From: a virus
Taxonomy: Duplodnaviria; Caudoviricetes
Strand: one strand, 5' to 3'
IMG/VR virus record: IMGVR_UViG_3300038379_000354
Location: 1-34,385 of that record
DNA length: 34,385 nucleotides
The notes under the pieces were generated by a model. That model had not been told where the DNA came from, searched no databases, and worked only from the letters and a program-made list of their open reading frames with translations. Each line of letters begins with the position of its first letter. The first letter of the stretch is position 1. Of this stretch, positions 25,722 to 34,385 are shown one piece after another. The translations under genes were made by a program, and so were the position numbers.

Positions 25722-27968
25722 ATGAGCTCGCAACTTCTGGCATCGAAGATCGTCATCGTCGAGGAGGAGCCGAAGGTCCGCACGATTGCGGGCGTCACGA
25801 CGGCTACCACTGGCTTCCTCGGCATCACCGAGAAGGGGCCGGTCGGCGTCGCAACGCTGGTCAACAGCGTCGACGAGTATGACTCGATCTTCGGCGGCTA
25901 CACCGCCAACGGCGATGTCAGGCAGGCGATCGACGGGTTCTTCCAGAACGGCGGCACGACGGCTTACGTCGTGCGGACGACGCACTACACGGACGTCACC
26001 GACCCGAGCACGAAGACGAGCGCGAAGGCCTCGGTCACGCTCCAGACGGGCGCGGTGGCCGCGTACGGCGGAAGCGTCACTGGCACCGCGACGGCGCCCT
26101 TCAACCTCGAGCCTGGCGACACTCTCGTCGTCGACCACGACGCGATCTCGCCGACGACGGCGACCTTCAACGCGACCGCGGCGGCTCGAGAGAACACGCC
26201 GGCCGAAACGTACGCGCTGGTCAACGCCTACACCCTCACGGTCAAGGTCGACCAGGGCAGCCCGCAGACCATCGCCTTCCTCACCTCCGAGTTCGTGTCG
26301 ATCGGCGCGGCCACGGCGGAAGAGGTCGCAGCGGTCATCAACGCCAAGATCGTTGGCGCGAAGGCCTCGGTCACATCGGCGGGCACGAAGGTCACGATCA
26401 CGAGCGACCGGCGCGGCACCGGCAGCTACATCGAGGTCACGGGCGGCACCGGCAACGGCGTGCTCGGCTTCAACGTCGCGGAGGTGCAGGGCACCGGCAA
26501 CGTCTCGAACATCGACGCGGTCACGGTGGCCGAGGTCAAGACGATCGTGGAAGCCGCGGTCTCCGGCGTCACGGTCACGGACGTCAGCGGTAAGGTCAAG
26601 ATCCAGCGCAACACCACCGGGCCGACCGCAACGGTTCAGGTGGACGCCTCGAGCACGGCAGACGACGAGCTCGGCTTCGACAACGCGGTGCATGCAGGCT
26701 CGACAGGCGCGGCGGTCAACACGCTTCGCCTGGACGGGAAGTACGACGGCACCTACGCCCATATCCTGAAGGGCAAGGTCGAGAACGCGACGAGCGGCAA
26801 CGCCGCCGAGTTCAACCTCGTCGTCCTGAAGAACGGAATCATCATCGAGACGTTCCCGAACGTCACAATGGATGATGCCGCGACGAACTACGTGGAGACG
26901 GTCGTGAACCACGCGACGACCGGCTCGAAGTACGTCGCTGCGGTCGACCTCGACGCGGGCACGGGCGCCGCCTCGACGGACCGCCCCATCAACGTGACGA
27001 CCTCCTTCCTCTCGGGCGGCAACGACGGCCTCACGTCCCTCGCCGACACCGACTTCACGGGGGCCTCGAGCTCGAGCGGGAAGACGGGCATTCGCGCGTT
27101 CGATCTCGTGCAGGACCTCAACCTCCTCACGATCCCCGGCCGCGCGACCTCTGCGGTGCAGAACGCGATGATCACCTACTGCGAGGTGACCCGCGACATG
27201 AGCATGTTCGCGATTCTCGACCCGCCCGCGGGGCAGAGCGCCGAGCAGATCATCACCTACTTCGAGACGACCGCGGCCCTGCTCGGCATCTCGGAGTTCG
27301 GCGCGGCCTACTGGCCGCGTATCAAGGTCCTCAACCCGAATAAGACGGTGTTCGGCAACGAGGACCAGATCACCGTCCCGCCCTCGGGTCACATCGCCGG
27401 CGTCTACGCCCGCACCGACGCGAGCAAGGACGGCGGCGTCTACGAGTACCCTGCGGGTGTCGAGAACGGCATCCTCTTCGGGTGCCTCGGGTTCGAGACC
27501 AACGAGGTGCTCGAGGAGGCGAAGCGCGACCTCGTCTACCCGAAGCGCATCAACCCGCTGACGGTCCTGCCGGGTTCGGCGCGCCACATCGACGGCACGC
27601 GCACGCTGAAGGGCGGAGGCAACTTCCCCTACATCGCGGAGCGGCGCGGCGCGATCTTCATCGAGCAGTCGGTCAAGAACGGCCTCCAGTTCGCGCGGCA
27701 GAAGAAGAACACCGAGGAGCTCCGTCAGACGGTCAGCCGCACGGTGGAAGCATTCCTCTTGGCGCAGATGCGCAACGGCGCCTTCCGCACCAACGACCCG
27801 GCGACCGCCTTCTACGTCGACTTCGGCGAGGGGCTAAACCCGGCATCGGTGCAGTTCGCCGGCCAGCTCATCGGCCGCATCGGCATCGCTACAGCGAAGC
27901 CTGCGGAGTACATCATCTTGCGATTCTCGCAGGACACGCGCGCACTCGAAGAGGAGCTCGCGGCCTGA
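25722..27968 (+). CDS. Contractile tail sheath protein
   Basis: [77 protein letters not shown]. Confidence 0.95.
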   Translation: MSSQLLASKIVIVEEEPKVRTIAGVTTATTGFLGITEKGPVGVATLVNSVDEYDSIFGGYTANGDVRQAIDGFFQNGGTTAYVVRTTHYTDVTDPSTKTSAKASVTLQTGAVAAYGGSVTGTATAPFNLEPGDTLVVDHDAISPTTATFNATAAARENTPAETYALVNAYTLTVKVDQGSPQTIAFLTSEFVSIGAATAEEVAAVINAKIVGAKASVTSAGTKVTITSDRRGTGSYIEVTGGTGNGVLGFNVAEVQGTGNVSNIDAVTVAEVKTIVEAAVSGVTVTDVSGKVKIQRNTTGPTATVQVDASSTADDELGFDNAVHAGSTGAAVNTLRLDGKYDGTYAHILKGKVENATSGNAAEFNLVVLKNGIIIETFPNVTMDDAATNYVETVVNHATTGSKYVAAVDLDAGTGAASTDRPINVTTSFLSGGNDGLTSLADTDFTGASSSSGKTGIRAFDLVQDLNLLTIPGRATSAVQNAMITYCEVTRDMSMFAILDPPAGQSAEQIITYFETTAALLGISEFGAAYWPRIKVLNPNKTVFGNEDQITVPPSGHIAGVYARTDASKDGGVYEYPAGVENGILFGCLGFETNEVLEEAKRDLVYPKRINPLTVLPGSARHIDGTRTLKGGGNFPYIAERRGAIFIEQSVKNGLQFARQKKNTEELRQTVSRTVEAFLLAQMRNGAFRTNDPATAFYVDFGEGLNPASVQFAGQLIGRIGIATAKPAEYIILRFSQDTRALEEELAA

Positions 27969-27991
27969 CCGCGGCGCATTAGGAGGTCGTC

Positions 27992-28459
27992 ATGCCCACG
28001 GTCATCGGAAAGACCCGTAGCTTCCACAAGAAGTACAAGTTCATCGTCGAGATCGACTCGTTCGGCTCGAGCGCCTGGCAGAAGTGCTCGGAGCTCTCCG
28101 CCGAGGTCGCGAAGATCGAGCAGTGGGAGGGCGGCAGCCTCATCCCCAACAAGTCGCCGGGCCGCGTGACGTTCTCGGACGTCACGCTCGAGCGCGGCGC
28201 CACGGACGACCAGAATGCCTACGACTGGTTCAAGCAGGTCGCGGACGCGGTCGCGAACAGCGGCGGCGTCGACGACACCTACAAGCGCAACGGCGATGTC
28301 GTGCAGCAGAACCGCGACGGCAAGACCCTTCGCCGCTGGCGGCTCACGAACGCGTGGCCGACGAAGTTCGTCGCGGGCGAATGGGACAACACGGCCGACG
28401 AGAACGTCATGGAGATGCTCACGCTGACCTACGACACCTTCGAGCCGAAGAAGGTCTGA
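27992..28459 (+). CDS. Tail tube protein (T4 gp19-like family)
   Basis: [48 protein letters not shown]. Confidence 0.93.
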   Translation: MPTVIGKTRSFHKKYKFIVEIDSFGSSAWQKCSELSAEVAKIEQWEGGSLIPNKSPGRVTFSDVTLERGATDDQNAYDWFKQVADAVANSGGVDDTYKRNGDVVQQNRDGKTLRRWRLTNAWPTKFVAGEWDNTADENVMEMLTLTYDTFEPKKV

Positions 28460-28463
28460 CGCT

Positions 28464-28498
28464 GAAGGCGCGCCGGTCACGCGGCGCGCGTTCACTTA
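28464..28498 (+). terminator. GC-rich hairpin after the tube gene (possible weak terminator or RNA-stabilising stem)
   Basis: Perfect 8-bp stem gcgcgccg (28468-28475) / cggcgcgc (28482-28489), 6-nt loop, followed by gttcactt. Confidence 0.4.
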
Positions 28499-28513
28499 CC
28501 CGCACGAGGCCCC

Positions 28514-29407
28514 ATGTCGACAGAGACCATCGAGCTCCCTTCGGGGCTCACGCTCAGCATCCGTGGAATGAAGGCGAAGGAGATGGCTCTCCTCGCCGAC
28601 GACAGCGAGGACGAGGACAGCCCGCGCAGCAAGGAGCGCGTGCACCGCAAGAAGGCGGGGGGCAAGCGGAAGAACCCCGTGAGCGCCATCCTCTCCGGCT
28701 GCGCGCTCGAGGTCCTGAACGTTGGCCCCTACGAGGCGTGGGGCGCGGTTGCCGGGACGCTGCCCCATTCCGAGGGGAAGGAGCAGATTGCCGGCCCCGG
28801 TCGGCTCCCGGTCCCGGAGCTCCTCATGGCGGATCGCTTCGTCGCGCTTACGCGGGTTCGTGCGGCCACGTGGGGCGATGGCTACGAGTTCCGCGTGCGC
28901 TGCAAGGAGAAGACCTGCGAGCGCTACAAGAAGCCCTTCCTCTGGGAGATTCCCCTCTCCGAGCTCGAGGTGAAGCCTCTGCCCAAGGCGTCGCGCGAGC
29001 GCGTGGCGCAGAAGCAGCTCACCTTCGAGTTCGTCCTCGGGGGCAAGAAGGCGAAGTTCAAGCTCCAGCAGGGCCTCGACGAGCTCAACGCGCCGGACCT
29101 TTCCGAGCTACCGAAGAGCAAGATCTTCCTCGCGCAGTGCGCCTCACGTTTGATCTATGTCGAGGGCATCGACGTCACCGACTTCGACAACCTCCTCGCG
29201 TGGGTCGGCGAGCTCGACCTCCAAGACGTGCTCGAGGCGACGTCGCTTTACGACTCGGTCGATGGCGGCATGGAGACGAACACGATGGTCGAGTGCCCGG
29301 ACTGCGGGCTGGAGTTCGACATCGCCGTCCCTTTCGACAGTCAGTCCTTCCTCCTGCCGGACAAGAAGACCCCGGCTGGGAAGCGGCTGGCCGAACCGAT
29401 CAGCTAG
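28514..29407 (+). CDS. Tail assembly chaperone / T4 gp26-like protein with Cys motifs
   Basis: IELPSG N-terminus, DRFVAL..VR..TWG..YEF...C, C-terminal CPDCG...PF. Located between tube and tape measure. Confidence 0.75.
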   Translation: MSTETIELPSGLTLSIRGMKAKEMALLADDSEDEDSPRSKERVHRKKAGGKRKNPVSAILSGCALEVLNVGPYEAWGAVAGTLPHSEGKEQIAGPGRLPVPELLMADRFVALTRVRAATWGDGYEFRVRCKEKTCERYKKPFLWEIPLSELEVKPLPKASRERVAQKQLTFEFVLGGKKAKFKLQQGLDELNAPDLSELPKSKIFLAQCASRLIYVEGIDVTDFDNLLAWVGELDLQDVLEATSLYDSVDGGMETNTMVECPDCGLEFDIAVPFDSQSFLLPDKKTPAGKRLAEPIS

Positions 29408-29604
29408 TACCGCGCTACGACTGGGAAGCCTGGCAAGAGGCGCTCTTCTCCCTGCTCTACACGCAACATGGTGGGAGCGGCCTGTCTCTCACCATGGCCG
29501 ACGTTCTTGAGCTAGACTTCGCTCAAGTCGAAAAGTTCATCGAGCTCCTAGACACGCGGCGTGCCGAGGAGGCGAGGGCGATTCGCGCGGCAGGGAGAAG
29601 GTAG
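29329..29604 (+). CDS. Probable -1 frameshift extension of the tail chaperone (gpGT-like)
   Basis: C CCT TTC heptamer at 29329-29335 in the chaperone frame. The -1 frame is open to 29604 and encodes WQEALFSLLY...G.SLTMADVLELD...FIELL. Confidence 0.6.
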   Translation, partial: PFRQSVLPPAGQEDPGWEAAGRTDQLVPRYDWEAWQEALFSLLYTQHGGSGLSLTMADVLELDFAQVEKFIELLDTRRAEEARAIRAAGRR

Positions 29605-29605
29605 C

Positions 29606-32281
29606 GTGGCGCTCAACAACTTCGGCCTCGGGTTCGAGCTGGCAGCCAAGGACTCGGCGTCCGCGGCTGTCGTCGGCCTTGGGAAGAAGATCGGCCTCCT
29701 CCAGAAGAACGTCGAGGACGTCAACCAAGCGTTCGAGGGGACCACGAACCGGACGCGCGACCTCACCACGGGTCGCTTCGTCAAGGCGCCGCAAGGGTTG
29801 CTCAACAAGGAGTTCATGGGCCAGGTCGGCGCCGCGCTCACCGGCATCGGCGTGGTCGCTTCCGGTGTGGGCTACGGCATTGCGCACTCCCTCTCGGGCG
29901 CGCTGGACGAGGCGACGAAGTTCGGTAAGAGCGTGGCCGAGGTCGCATCGATCACCGACCGCGCGGCCTTCCCCATGGAGGTCATCGAGAAGATCGGTAA
30001 GGACATGGCGTCCACCTACGGAGGCGACCTCAACCTCCAGGTGAAGACGCTCTACCAAGCCGTGAGCTCGGGTGCCTCGAGCGCCGCGGAAGCGACCGCC
30101 CTCATGCACGCCGCGAACAAGCTGGCGGTCGGCGGTCTTTCTGACTCCTTCATGGCCGTCGACGCGCTGACCAACGTGCTCAACGCGTACGGCATGAAGA
30201 TGACGCAGGCGAACGAGGTCTCCGACGCCCTCTTCACCACGGCAAAGATCGGTAAGACCACCATCGACGAGCTCGCGAAGCAGATCGGCCGCGTGGCGCC
30301 GACTGCCGCCGCGATGGGCGTTGGAATGGATGATCTCATGGCCGCGGTCACCGCGGGCAGCACGCAGCTCGGCAATGCAAGCGCCGCCATCGATGGCTTC
30401 AAGGAGGCCATGAGCGGCATCTTGAAGCCCACCGCGGACGCCGAGAAGGAAGCCAAGCGCCTCGGCATCACCTTCAGCGCCAAGGCACTCCGCGAACAAG
30501 GCTTCCCGAAGTTCCTTGCATCGATCACTCAAAACGCCAAGTTCTCGAAGGACACCATCGGCAAGCTCTTTGGCTCGATGACCGCCTTCAACACCATGTC
30601 GGTCCTCGCGTCGAACAACGGCAAGGCCTTCGCCGATGCCCTCGATGGGATGAAGAACAAGGCGGGGGCGACCGACTACGCTTTCGAGACGCTGGCGCAG
30701 ACCGCAGACTTCGCCTCGAGCGTGCTCAAGTCGAACGTGCAGACCGCGATGGTGAACATCGGCCAAGTGATCGCGCCAGTCATCGGGCGCGTCCTCACGT
30801 GGGTCAACAAGCTGTTCAAGGCCTTCAACGACGGGCCGAAGTGGATGCACAAGTTCGTCGCCGTCGTTGGGGTCGTCGGCGCCGCCATCGCCTTCCTTGT
30901 CGGTGGCCTCGCGAGCGGCGCAGTCGCTATCGGCGGCCTCATCATCATGGGCAAGGCCCTCCTGATCGCGCTCGGAGTCGTGGCGGTGATGTTCGGCGCG
31001 GTCGTCGCGGCGGCCATCCCGCTCATCGCCATCGGCGCCGCGCTCTACGTGGCGTGGACACGCAACATCGGCGGTATTCAGGAGAAGGTCACCTATTGGT
31101 TCAACCGTATCAAGCTCGCCTTCCAGGCCCTCGTCATGATCTTCGAGGAGGGAGGCTTCTCGGGCAGCGTCCTCGCCGAGCTCAACAAGGCAGAGAACGC
31201 GGGCATCAAGCAGTTCGCGATCAACGTGTTCATGTGGATCGGGAGGATCAAAAACTTCTTCCGCGGCCTCGGCGCGGCATTCTCGACCGGCATGGAGCGT
31301 GTCGGCCCCATCATCGACAAGATCTCGGAGGCCTTCGGGCGCCTCGTCTCGCACTTCTCCCCGGTAAAGGAGAATGCCAAGTCCGCCGAGTCCACCTTTC
31401 AGAAGTTCGGGCGTATCGGCGGCCAGGTGGGCGACTTCCTAGCGACGGTCATGGAGAAGGTCGCGACTGGCGTGCTGCTCGCCATCACCTTCGTCGAGGG
31501 TGCGGTCGCTGTCTTCGAGGGCTTCAAGCCTGCGCTGACCGCGGCGTGGGACGCAGCGAAGGGTCTCTTCAAAGCCTTCAGCGATATCTTCGCCGCGTTC
31601 GGAGGCGGCAAGAGCTCGTTGAACGACCAGCAGGTGACTTGGCAGACCCTCGGGAACGTGCTTGGGTTCGTCGCGAACATCATGATCACTAGCCTCACGG
31701 TCGCGATTCGCGTGGTCGCCGGCGTCCTCACTTGGATCGCAGGAATCATCGCGGCACTGGTCACCATCTGGGATGGCCTCACATCGGCAATCGCGACTGG
31801 AGTGCAGATCGTCATCGCCATCTTCACCGGGCAGTGGGGCCAGGCTTGGGACCTCGCGAAGAAGATGGTCACCGACTGGATGACGACCGTACTGTCCGCG
31901 TTCCTGAAGGTCATCGGTGGCGCCGCGGGCATGGTCGACTCGCTCGGCAAGATCTTCGGGAAGGACCTCGGCCTGAAGGCCAAGGTCGAGGGGCTCGGGG
32001 CCGGCCTGGCGCCGGGCGGGGGCGCGTCCCCGGCCCTCCCCGCGGCCACCCCCCCGGCCGCCTCGGGAAACCTCGCTGGCGGGGCGCCTGGCGTGGCTGC
32101 GGCGGGGGTGGCGGCCCCGGCCCCGGCCCTCATTGGCCCGCCCCCGCCCCCGGTGAAGACCGATGTGACGGTCAAGAGCGAGATCGTGCTGGACAACGCC
32201 AAGGTCGGCGAGGCCATGAAGAAGCTCAGCGTCGAGAATTCGGGGCGTGGCTTCGCGCCGACGCCTTCGCCCACGGAGTAA
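29606..32281 (+). CDS. Tape measure protein (TP901-like core)
   Basis: GTG 29606 after GGGAGAAGG. LYQAVSSG, LTNVLNAYG, SDALFTTAKIGKTT..EL core, hydrophobic segments, periodic W/F. 891 aa. Confidence 0.92.
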   Translation: MALNNFGLGFELAAKDSASAAVVGLGKKIGLLQKNVEDVNQAFEGTTNRTRDLTTGRFVKAPQGLLNKEFMGQVGAALTGIGVVASGVGYGIAHSLSGALDEATKFGKSVAEVASITDRAAFPMEVIEKIGKDMASTYGGDLNLQVKTLYQAVSSGASSAAEATALMHAANKLAVGGLSDSFMAVDALTNVLNAYGMKMTQANEVSDALFTTAKIGKTTIDELAKQIGRVAPTAAAMGVGMDDLMAAVTAGSTQLGNASAAIDGFKEAMSGILKPTADAEKEAKRLGITFSAKALREQGFPKFLASITQNAKFSKDTIGKLFGSMTAFNTMSVLASNNGKAFADALDGMKNKAGATDYAFETLAQTADFASSVLKSNVQTAMVNIGQVIAPVIGRVLTWVNKLFKAFNDGPKWMHKFVAVVGVVGAAIAFLVGGLASGAVAIGGLIIMGKALLIALGVVAVMFGAVVAAAIPLIAIGAALYVAWTRNIGGIQEKVTYWFNRIKLAFQALVMIFEEGGFSGSVLAELNKAENAGIKQFAINVFMWIGRIKNFFRGLGAAFSTGMERVGPIIDKISEAFGRLVSHFSPVKENAKSAESTFQKFGRIGGQVGDFLATVMEKVATGVLLAITFVEGAVAVFEGFKPALTAAWDAAKGLFKAFSDIFAAFGGGKSSLNDQQVTWQTLGNVLGFVANIMITSLTVAIRVVAGVLTWIAGIIAALVTIWDGLTSAIATGVQIVIAIFTGQWGQAWDLAKKMVTDWMTTVLSAFLKVIGGAAGMVDSLGKIFGKDLGLKAKVEGLGAGLAPGGGASPALPAATPPAASGNLAGGAPGVAAAGVAAPAPALIGPPPPPVKTDVTVKSEIVLDNAKVGEAMKKLSVENSGRGFAPTPSPTE

Positions 32282-32284
32282 GCC

Positions 32285-32827
32285 ATGGCGTTCGACGACA
32301 AGGCCCCGAAGATGATCCTCGCGAACATGACGACGGGTGAGTCGCATGAAGCGCAGTTCAACCCCGAGCAGTTCAACGAATCGATCGGCGTCAACTACGC
32401 CAAGCTCCAGGTCCCCGGCCTGTCGCATTCGCGAAAGCACTTCATCAACACCGAGGACGTGAAGTTCGACTTCGAGCTCTGGTATCACGCGGTCGGCGGC
32501 ACGGCGGCGGACCTCGCAACCATCCTCGAGCACCGCAAGTTCCTCTACGCGCTGACCCACCCGTGGCGCGCAGATGGCATCAACCGCGGGGGGCCGCCGC
32601 GGGTCCTCTTCATCTGGCCGACCTTCATCAGCCTCACGTGCGTGATCACCGGCCTCACGTTCAACTACACGCAGTTCTCGAAGGCGGGGGCGCCCATCGC
32701 GTGGAAGGCGAAGGTGACGCTCGAGGAGATTCGCGACACCTTCGTGTCGATGGAGGACATTCTTTCGCTCGGGACGCAGCGCGCGGACATCGGGCAGATC
32801 ACAACGCGATACAAGGGTGAGTTCTGA
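32285..32827 (+). CDS. CIS-tube-like / tail tube initiator protein
   Basis: AQFNPEQF, PPRVLFIWP, CVITGL...YTQF...G.P...KVTLEE motifs. Position after the tape measure. Confidence 0.8.
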   Translation: MAFDDKAPKMILANMTTGESHEAQFNPEQFNESIGVNYAKLQVPGLSHSRKHFINTEDVKFDFELWYHAVGGTAADLATILEHRKFLYALTHPWRADGINRGGPPRVLFIWPTFISLTCVITGLTFNYTQFSKAGAPIAWKAKVTLEEIRDTFVSMEDILSLGTQRADIGQITTRYKGEF

Positions 32828-33189
32828 TGGCCGGCCCCCGTCGCTACAGCAGGCACCTCTACAGCCTCGGCTTCCATGATGACGAGCCGGATGGCAGCGA
32901 AGGCCCGCTCATGCTCACGGAGCGCGAGCCGTTCACGTACCGCGTCTACGCCGACAACCGCGAGCACATCGTCTCGCAAGGAGAGACGCTCTTCACCCTC
33001 GCCGCGAAGTACCTTTCCCCCATCCCGCGTGCCGCGGGCCTTTGGTGGGTCATCGCCGACTTTCAGCCAGACCCCATCCACGACCCGACCATCCAGCTCA
33101 CGCCCGGAACGACCATCGTGATCCCGAGTGTTCGCACCGTGCTCGAGGCGGTCTTCAGCGAAAGTCGGCGTCTCGAGGCCGGTCTATGA
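32827..33189 (+). CDS. LysM-like baseplate protein (P2 gpX-like)
   Basis: HIVSQGETLFTLAAKYL...LWWVIAD...IHDP..LTPGTTIVIPS. Confidence 0.85.
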   Translation: MAGPRRYSRHLYSLGFHDDEPDGSEGPLMLTEREPFTYRVYADNREHIVSQGETLFTLAAKYLSPIPRAAGLWWVIADFQPDPIHDPTIQLTPGTTIVIPSVRTVLEAVFSESRRLEAGL

Positions 33190-34385
33190 GCAAGGCGAAG
33201 GACGCGCCGTTCTACTACGTACTCGTGCAACCTGAAGGGAAGGGCGAGGCGTCGCGTATCGACACGACCGATACGGTGCTTTCGCTCAGCTACGAGGACG
33301 GCGAGAAGAAGGCGAACCAACTCGTGCTCGAGGTCGACAACTGGGACCTCTCCAACTTCGACAACCCCATCTGGAAGACCGGCAACACCGTCATCGTGAC
33401 GTGGGGCTATCCCGGCTTCATGGCGCCGCAGCGGCAAGCCGTGATCCAGAAGGTGAAGGGCTCGACCAAGCTGCACATCACCGCGCTCGCGAAGTCGATT
33501 CTCATGAACAAGGTCACGAAGAGCAAGACCTACGAGAACACGACACGCTCTGAGGTGGTGCACGCGATCGCGAAGGAGTACGGCTACGGCGACGCGCAGC
33601 GTGACGTCGAGGAGACCTCGACCGTGCATGAGACGATCACGCAAGCACGCATGACCGACGCGCAGTTCATCAAGAAGCTGGCCGACGCGGAGCACTTCGA
33701 GTTCTACGTCGACTTCGACGGCTTGCACTGGCACGCGCGCCGGCTCGGGAAGAAGCCGCTTCGCGTGCTCCAGTATTACCTCCCGCCTGACGTCGGCGAC
33801 ATCATCGAATTCGACGTCGAGAACGACATCTTCGCGAAGCCTGCCGCGGTGACGACCAAGGGCCGCGATCCTGTCAAGAAGGCCGACGTCGGCGGCGAGG
33901 CATCGAACGGCAAGACGGAACGCGACGCGCTTTCCCCGGTGCCTGAGATGGTCGACGAGGCCACTGGGTCGATCACGCAGCAAAAGCAGTCGGTCTCTGC
34001 TGATACGCGACCCACGACGGAGACGAGCAAGGACCAAGCGAAGAAGGAGGCGGACGGTGCCTTCAAGCGCTCGCTCCTCACGAACGTCAAGCTCAAGATC
34101 GACATGGTGGGCGACCCCGGCATCGTCGCGAAGTCGGTTGTCGAGGTGCGGGGGATCTCGAAGCGGCTCTCCGGCCTGTACTACGTGAACCGGGCTACCC
34201 ACAAGATCGACTCGGGTGGCTACAAGCTCGAGCTCCATTGCTCGACAGATGGCACGCGAGGCCATTCCGAGAACCTCATCCCAGCGAATGCGGGCGGCGG
34301 GGGGTCGAGCGCCGCAACACCGGCTGCGCTCGAGGCCTGCAAGAAGCAGGCGGCAGCGAAGTCGAGCGAGCTCGCGAGCGCCATC
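33186..34385 (+). CDS. Baseplate hub (late control gpD / gp27-like), 3'-truncated by the window
   Basis: Not in the ORF track (no stop in window). ATG 33186, open for 400 codons: LSLSYED, VTWGYPG, SEVVHAIAKEYG, Q..MTDAQFIKKLA, VGDPGI, SGLYYV..ATHKID.GGY. Confidence 0.88.
   Translation, partial: MSKAKDAPFYYVLVQPEGKGEASRIDTTDTVLSLSYEDGEKKANQLVLEVDNWDLSNFDNPIWKTGNTVIVTWGYPGFMAPQRQAVIQKVKGSTKLHITALAKSILMNKVTKSKTYENTTRSEVVHAIAKEYGYGDAQRDVEETSTVHETITQARMTDAQFIKKLADAEHFEFYVDFDGLHWHARRLGKKPLRVLQYYLPPDVGDIIEFDVENDIFAKPAAVTTKGRDPVKKADVGGEASNGKTERDALSPVPEMVDEATGSITQQKQSVSADTRPTTETSKDQAKKEADGAFKRSLLTNVKLKIDMVGDPGIVAKSVVEVRGISKRLSGLYYVNRATHKIDSGGYKLELHCSTDGTRGHSENLIPANAGGGGSSAATPAALEACKKQAAAKSSELASAI

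Larger units (their letters stand above)
1..34385 (+). mobile_element. Head-neck-tail morphogenesis region of a myovirus-type phage/prophage (partial, continues beyond the window)
   Basis: Canonical co-oriented order terminase-portal-MuF-protease-scaffold-capsid-neck-sheath-tube-chaperone-tape measure-baseplate. No host housekeeping genes, integrase or att site seen. Confidence 0.95.

Noticed and set aside
28084-29604. 506-aa ORF as one gene
   Set aside because: It overlaps the tube and chaperone genes out of frame. Only the last 70-90 codons look protein-like.
31980-32160. Extremely GC-rich stretch as a repeat or structured element
   Set aside because: It is explained by the Pro/Ala/Gly-rich linker near the tape measure C-terminus.
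341-34265. Many long minus-strand ORFs (e.g. 341..2236, 2709..4982, 25329..27587, 29537..31354, 33063..34265)
   Set aside because: They are antisense shadows of high-GC plus-strand genes, with Arg/Leu/Val-biased translations and no recognisable motifs.
1-34385. CRISPR array, tRNA/rRNA, IS element, integrase or reverse-transcriptase/DGR cassette
   Set aside because: No regularly spaced repeats, RNA-gene signatures or such enzyme motifs seen by eye. Intergenic gaps are mostly too short to hold them.

Overview
High-GC (roughly 65-70% by eye) morphogenesis region of a contractile-tailed (myovirus-type) phage or prophage. All credible genes are on the + strand and tightly packed, often with ATGA/GTGA overlaps. 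Order: terminase large subunit, portal, 1076-aa MuF head protein, three small or scaffold-like ORFs, 733-aa multidomain XkdF-type prohead protease, protease-fragment/scaffold, major capsid, about 8 kb of small putative decoration/fibre genes that includes a Cys-rich lipoprotein lipase, neck genes, sheath, tube, tail chaperone with a probable -1 frameshift, tape measure, CIS-tube-like protein, LysM protein and a gpD-like hub running off the 3' end. The most unusual part is the head module (4954-13098). MuF carries a ParB-like relic, a HipA/PI-kinase-like domain and an R-S-E ADP-ribosyltransferase, and is followed by a candidate immunity gene. The protease is a mosaic with a decayed Dam-methylase-like domain and an inorganic-pyrophosphatase-like domain bounded by [VLI]-x-K-[AS] motifs, and its EVSLVDxPAN strand lies in the next ORF, which has a nested scaffold start. 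Together these suggest an enzyme cargo that is packaged in the capsid and released by proteolysis. A truncated endonuclease VII remnant (23135-23299) is missing from the ORF track. All family assignments come from motif recognition by eye, not database searches. A Myxococcota-like host is only a guess from composition.
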